The translations under genes were made by a program, and so were the position numbers. A DNA stretch of 64,000 bases from Nostoc sp. CCCryo 231-06 (GTDB taxonomy: Bacteria > Cyanobacteriota > Cyanobacteriia > Cyanobacteriales > Nostocaceae): NCBI GenBank assembly GCA_023522315.1, contig JAHCSU010000412.1, forward strand, positions 244-64,243, in the 5' to 3' direction. Below, piece by piece: positions 59,509 through 64,000 of this stretch (positions within the stretch are counted from its first letter, which is position 1; every line of letters begins with the position of its first letter). Under the pieces are notes generated by a model. It saw only the letters and a program-made list of their open reading frames with translations. It was not told the DNA's origin and ran no database searches.

Positions 59509-60294
59509 ATGCACACTTGGCACTGGCACAATTGGGAAGGACTGCCCTATCTAACTTGTAGTATTCTGGAACGTTGGCATCACGGTTTCTTTACCCAGCA
59601 GTTTTGGCCGCGATCGCCACAAGTTATCACAGAAGTATTGCAACCAGAGGCATCAGTCTATCGCTTAAAGCAGGTTCATGGCAATACTGTTCTCACACCC
59701 CAAGAAGTTGAGAGCTTCTTAAGCACTGCTGGGGAGGATTTAGCATCGGCGGATGGTTTAGTTAGCGAACAACCTCTCCAAGCCGTTTGGGTAGCTAGTG
59801 CAGATTGTACACCCGTGTTAATTGGGGATGTGCAAACTGGGCGGGTGGCAGCATTACACGCTGGCTGGCGGGGGACTGCCAAGAAAATTGTCCCATTAGC
59901 GATCGCTCGATTACAATCTCAAGGCAGTAAACTCGATGATTTACGTATTGCAATGGGGCCAGCGATCGCTGGTGAGGTTTATCAAGTCTCTATCGAAGTG
60001 GCTGCCGAAGTCGGGGCTAGTATTATACCATATAACGACGAAGAAAAAATTGTTCAAGCATTGCATGAATTATCCAATTCACCTTTGCTAAAAGATCCTA
60101 ATCCGGGAAAGGTACGGCTGGATGTCCGGCGAGTGAATGCCTTACAACTGGAAAATATGGGGATTAGTGCAGAACAAATTGCGATCGCACCTTATTGTAC
60201 TTTCCAGACTCCAGAGCATTTCTTTTCTTACCGCCGAGAGAAAGAGAAAAAAGTTCAATGGTCTGGGATTGTCAGTGGCAAAACGAATCAGTAA
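59509..60294 (+). CDS. pgeF: Peptidoglycan editing factor / purine nucleoside phosphorylase PgeF (YfiH)
   Basis: KQVHG, ADCTPVL, HAGWRG, MGPAIAG, CT...FFSYRR. Confidence 0.92.
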   Translation: MHTWHWHNWEGLPYLTCSILERWHHGFFTQQFWPRSPQVITEVLQPEASVYRLKQVHGNTVLTPQEVESFLSTAGEDLASADGLVSEQPLQAVWVASADCTPVLIGDVQTGRVAALHAGWRGTAKKIVPLAIARLQSQGSKLDDLRIAMGPAIAGEVYQVSIEVAAEVGASIIPYNDEEKIVQALHELSNSPLLKDPNPGKVRLDVRRVNALQLENMGISAEQIAIAPYCTFQTPEHFFSYRREKEKKVQWSGIVSGKTNQ

Positions 60295-60386
60295 CCCCTA
60301 TTTTCAAATTAGATTCTCATCTAAGATCGGAACTTGGAGAATGGAAAATATTCTTGCTAAGTCTTGACTCAATTGGTTTAGGGAAC

Positions 60387-60770
60387 TTAACTGCTCACCA
60401 ATATCTCAAGGGTTAATAAACATTTCGGTTTGTTAACGACCAACTGCATTATGTCCAGCCACAAGGAACCTATGATGGTATCCGGGATATCATCTCCAAC
60501 ATGAACCGGAATTACAAATTCAGTTCCGTCAATGATGAGTTTGCCTTCATAGATATCAAATCGTGCTTCCCCTCGCGCTGTCTGCATCTCGATTTGTGCG
60601 CTCATTAATGACCACTTCAATACTTCCAAGTCTTGAGTATTGATGGCTAACCACCCATCTGTAAACTCGGTATCGAATAAAGCTTCAACAGAAAATTTCT
60701 CATCATTAGCAGCAACAAGCTCAATTTCAAATAGTAGCTCGCCATTATCCCCAAACGAACCTGCAATCAT
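60387..60770 (-). CDS. Retropepsin-like (clan AA) aspartic protease family protein with a DTE variant motif
   Basis: MIAGSFGDNGELLFEI, ALFDTEFTDGWL, IIGSLWL. Confidence 0.65.
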   Translation of the reverse strand: MIAGSFGDNGELLFEIELVAANDEKFSVEALFDTEFTDGWLAINTQDLEVLKWSLMSAQIEMQTARGEARFDIYEGKLIIDGTEFVIPVHVGDDIPDTIIGSLWLDIMQLVVNKPKCLLTLEILVSS

Positions 60771-61084
60771 AACCTGCCGCAGGTTCCTGTATCGTTGAGT
60801 CGGAATATGGTGAGTTTTACTTCGTTAGTATTGCCATAAGCATCATGGATTTTTTGCGTTATTCCTAAGAATGTTGGGTCAATGAGGTACTGTTCTGTTT
60901 TAGGATCGATGGCAATATGCCAGTTGTAATGCGTTTCAATCAGAGTTGGACGTAAGCGCTCGAAAACAGCACGACACTTTATAGCAAAAGCATCACGTTG
61001 TTCCTGATAGTGTGGTACTTCTTCAGATACTAAGGTTGATGCTTGTATAATACGGGTGCGTCGTGGGTGCGATACCTGTGTCAT
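60767..61084 (-). CDS. Small hypothetical protein coupled to the protease-like gene
   Basis: ~105 aa (start ATG 61084 is an inference); ends FRLNDTGTCGRL with an ATGA overlap onto the next gene. Confidence 0.65.
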   Translation of the reverse strand: MTQVSHPRRTRIIQASTLVSEEVPHYQEQRDAFAIKCRAVFERLRPTLIETHYNWHIAIDPKTEQYLIDPTFLGITQKIHDAYGNTNEVKLTIFRLNDTGTCGRL

Positions 61085-61212
61085 ATCAAGAAAATCTACG
61101 CGCTTGTGTGATTTTATTATGGCGTGATTTCGAGTACTTCCCACAGACTATCTAGATTTAGGTTTTCTTCCTGCGCGTAGCTTGGCACCATCCACCAAAG
61201 ATTGCATTTTCT

Positions 61213-62667
61213 CTAATCATATTTCATCACTTGTTTTTGACGGAGGGAACTAATTGCTAAGACTAAAATACTTAGGGTGATTCCTAAAACCGCATAACTC
61301 GGTAGGGCGAAGATAGTTATTTTCATAATGTATGGCAATTCCCCTGCTTTCACGTTCCATCGGTTTGCTAGAGAGTGGATGAGCCAGCCATGAATAACTG
61401 CTGTTTGCACTGCAAGACAGCAAACCCCTGCTAACCAAACAGACATTCTGATCCTAGAGAATTTACAATGCCTGATCTGATACAGCAAATCATTTAGCAA
61501 AAAAACAACGGCAGGTATTAACATTACAGAACTAGTTTCCTGCGAATAGGTGATGCCAATACTCAAGCAAGAAACTATTGCCATTTCTGCTAAATATATA
61601 TTTTTTGACCAGTTGGTGATAGATTGTTGTAGATACCAATACCAACCTGCCAAACCAAGAAGTATCAGAACAATTAAGTTTGACAAAAGCTTGGCAAAGA
61701 ATGGGTTATTGGGAAGTAATCTCGGCCCCACAACCATCAAATCGAGACGACTAATCGATATATAAGGGCTAACTGCGGGATCGTTTTGCCAGAGAGAAAA
61801 TCCACGAAATGCATCCGACACGAATTGTGTCAAAGAATTACCTGTCAAGGCTAGACCTAAAAATGCTAGACAAGTTACTGTGATAACAGATATAAAGACT
61901 ATAGAGAACCGTCTTTTAAGTAGAAAAGACAGAACGAATAATGCAGCTAATGTTGGTTTAAAAAGGGCAAGCCCTAAGCAAATCCCTGCTGGAATATCCT
62001 GATGTTTTCTAGCGAAGATAAACATCCATAAGATAAGAACTGCAATAAAAATTGCAACATTACCAACTTGAAGATCGCGAATTACGCCATAAATTAAGGC
62101 AACCGAAATTGTGCAAATAGTTCTGAAGGCTCGTGACTTAGACTCTAGTAATATATTCGCTCCCCATAAGGCTAAACCGATTGCTAATATATGCATTAAA
62201 ATCGAGATTTTGAATGCAGTATTCATCGAGAAATAAGCGAGAAACCAGATGAGAGGAATAATATTAGGTGGATAGACAAACGGTGGAATAAAGCCACACA
62301 CCGTAGTTATGGTACAGAAACTTTGATTAAAAATCTCGACATTAAAAGGACTCACATGCTGATGAGCCAATTTACTCGCCACATAATACCACTGAAAATC
62401 CCATAAAGGTGGATTTGGCTGGTTTAGGAAATAAAGTAGCCAACCTGTATAACAGAGGAATCTTGTAACGACTAATACAACACCTGCTTGGACGAGAAAG
62501 TTAACAATTGGTTGACGAAAAAATTGTATCAACCTTTGGATCACAGGAGATTTTAAGAATAAAGAATTTTTACAGGCTGCCTTTTCTTCATCTAATCGCC
62601 AATTATTTTTCAGAACTAAAGCAACTAAAATTATTATAATCAGGTTCCAAAAACCAAAGCTTATCAT
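61213..62667 (-). CDS. GT87 / DUF2029-like (GT-C fold) membrane glycosyltransferase
   Basis: WDFQWYY, FVYPP, LQVGNVAIFI, GICLGLALFKP; many TM helices. Confidence 0.75.
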   Translation of the reverse strand: MISFGFWNLIIIILVALVLKNNWRLDEEKAACKNSLFLKSPVIQRLIQFFRQPIVNFLVQAGVVLVVTRFLCYTGWLLYFLNQPNPPLWDFQWYYVASKLAHQHVSPFNVEIFNQSFCTITTVCGFIPPFVYPPNIIPLIWFLAYFSMNTAFKISILMHILAIGLALWGANILLESKSRAFRTICTISVALIYGVIRDLQVGNVAIFIAVLILWMFIFARKHQDIPAGICLGLALFKPTLAALFVLSFLLKRRFSIVFISVITVTCLAFLGLALTGNSLTQFVSDAFRGFSLWQNDPAVSPYISISRLDLMVVGPRLLPNNPFFAKLLSNLIVLILLGLAGWYWYLQQSITNWSKNIYLAEMAIVSCLSIGITYSQETSSVMLIPAVVFLLNDLLYQIRHCKFSRIRMSVWLAGVCCLAVQTAVIHGWLIHSLANRWNVKAGELPYIMKITIFALPSYAVLGITLSILVLAISSLRQKQVMKYD

Positions 62668-62889
62668 TATAATTATTTTTGCATTTAGTAAATAATATCG
62701 CTAAAGTGAATCTGGATAATAAATACTGAGATATTTTTATAACTACTTCATAAAATTTTGACAATTACTCCCTTACCGCCGAAAGAATGATTAATAAAAG
62801 CCGGAAAAGAGGTATTTCCGTAGATACACAATATGCTTCTTTTGTACAGTGTATAAGTTTTGCATTTTCTTCGCTCTACTTGTTTAATT

Positions 62890-63933
62890 TTACTTATTAC
62901 ATAAAGCGTCGCTCAACAACTCGCGGTGCATTAATGCTCTATCTACTAAAGATTGTATTTGGTCTGGTGATAACGGATCACCATTAGCGTAATGCTCCAT
63001 CCAAGTCAGACTAATCAAATTGGGGTCATTGGGTAAACTAGCTAAATCCCATCCAGGCATTTCCAAGTCTTCCATGAGACGATTTACCTTAGGATCATAA
63101 CTGAGAGCAAAGCAGCGACAACCTTCAGCAGCAGCCATAATCAAGCTGTGCAGGCGCATCCCAATTGCCATTTCAACCCCACGAAACACACCTTTCAAAA
63201 GTTGCGGATCTTCCAGACATAAAATCTTGCTAACATCTTTAAGGTGTGGTTGAATGGCTTCGGCAATACTTAAATCTTCACTTTTTTGAAATGGCAGTAG
63301 TAAAATAAAAGTTTGTGTAGCTTTTTGAAAGTCAACCAAAGCACGAGTCAAGTTTGCTAGGCGTGTTTCTGTAAGTTGGGGATGCGATCGCAACGTTACC
63401 GCAACTCTGGGCGCAGGTAAATCCCAAAGTCCCGGTACTGGTTTCGACTCCAACGCCCAAACCGGGTCAGGAGCTATAATACAAGGAATTTGCCAATCAG
63501 ATAATAAAGCAGCACTGGCGCGATCGCGGACACTAATTTTGGTACAATTACCAAAGGTTTGCCGTGCCAACCAACTAGTTTGCGGACGCACTAACGGGCC
63601 AATACCCTGCGCCCAAGCAACAGTTTTCAAACCCATTTTCTGCGCCAATGCCATCAGTCCGCCATAATAAAATGGGCTGATGGTACTGGTAATATCCTGA
63701 ATGAGACTCCCGCCGCCCCAAATCAAGGCATCACTTGAGCGTAAAGCTTGCAGTATAGGTAAGGGAGCCATGCGATCGCAAGTTTCTACATTATAGCGAT
63801 CGCGCGTTTCCTCTGGATTCCCCGAAAGTACCACAGGCGTTACGTAAGATGGTAACATTTGCAAAAGCGTCGCCAACAAAGCTTCGTCACCACCATTACC
63901 TTTACCGTAATATCCAGACAATAACGCCCGCAT
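62890..63933 (-). CDS. csaB: Polysaccharide pyruvyl transferase CsaB
   Basis: SGYYGKGNGGDEALL, WGGGSLIQD, AQGIGPL, ISVRD, GMRLHSLI, SYDPKV. Confidence 0.93.
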   Translation of the reverse strand: MRALLSGYYGKGNGGDEALLATLLQMLPSYVTPVVLSGNPEETRDRYNVETCDRMAPLPILQALRSSDALIWGGGSLIQDITSTISPFYYGGLMALAQKMGLKTVAWAQGIGPLVRPQTSWLARQTFGNCTKISVRDRASAALLSDWQIPCIIAPDPVWALESKPVPGLWDLPAPRVAVTLRSHPQLTETRLANLTRALVDFQKATQTFILLLPFQKSEDLSIAEAIQPHLKDVSKILCLEDPQLLKGVFRGVEMAIGMRLHSLIMAAAEGCRCFALSYDPKVNRLMEDLEMPGWDLASLPNDPNLISLTWMEHYANGDPLSPDQIQSLVDRALMHRELLSDALCNK

Positions 63934-64000
63934 CTTGACCATTTTGGATTTTAGATTTTGGATTTTGGATTAATAGTTATTGTTAAATGAATCTCTATCC

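Larger units (their letters stand above)
2901..63803. repeat. HIP1 octamer GCGATCGC dispersed throughout the window
   Basis: Many copies, e.g. 2901-2908 and 63796-63803; HIP1 is an established cyanobacterial genome signature. Confidence 0.95.

Noticed and set aside
1482-62987. Numerous 60-160 aa ORFs overlapping longer genes on the opposite strand or frame
   Set aside because: No motifs or RBS support; expected shadow ORFs.

Overview
Chromosomal window from a filamentous, Nostoc-type cyanobacterium. The assignment rests on abundant HIP1 GCGATCGC octamers, heptamer STRR repeats, SDR-type 18-26 nt mobile repeats and four Uma2 genes. The backbone is mostly housekeeping: gmd-fcl and sugar transferases, CSP41-like epimerase, crp-DUF2232-cobT, PotD-like binding protein, ribE, birA, pgeF, csaB. 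Accessory genes are interspersed: a PA14x2/Calx-beta x2/GSDH protein, a partial arsenosugar-associated module, an orphan Shango SngC-like helicase, an intact tnpB-only IS200/IS605 element plus a second ORF-less right-end remnant, a di-heme cytochrome c protein beside a PEP-CTERM gene, a TPR-CHAT plus trypsin pair, and a retropepsin-like gene pair. The best candidate for an undescribed system is an AT-rich, translationally coupled ParA-like ATPase + HEPN (RxxxxH) module at 48987-50874, whose 3' end is fused by an apparent deletion into a 5'-truncated U32 gene. Small mobile DNA is pervasive: several MITE families, HIP1-targeting inserts (one creating an in-frame amber stop) and nested repeats that add 7-aa peptides to proteins, including TnpB. 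I found no CRISPR array, rRNA or tRNA. All family assignments come from motif recognition by eye, not database searches.
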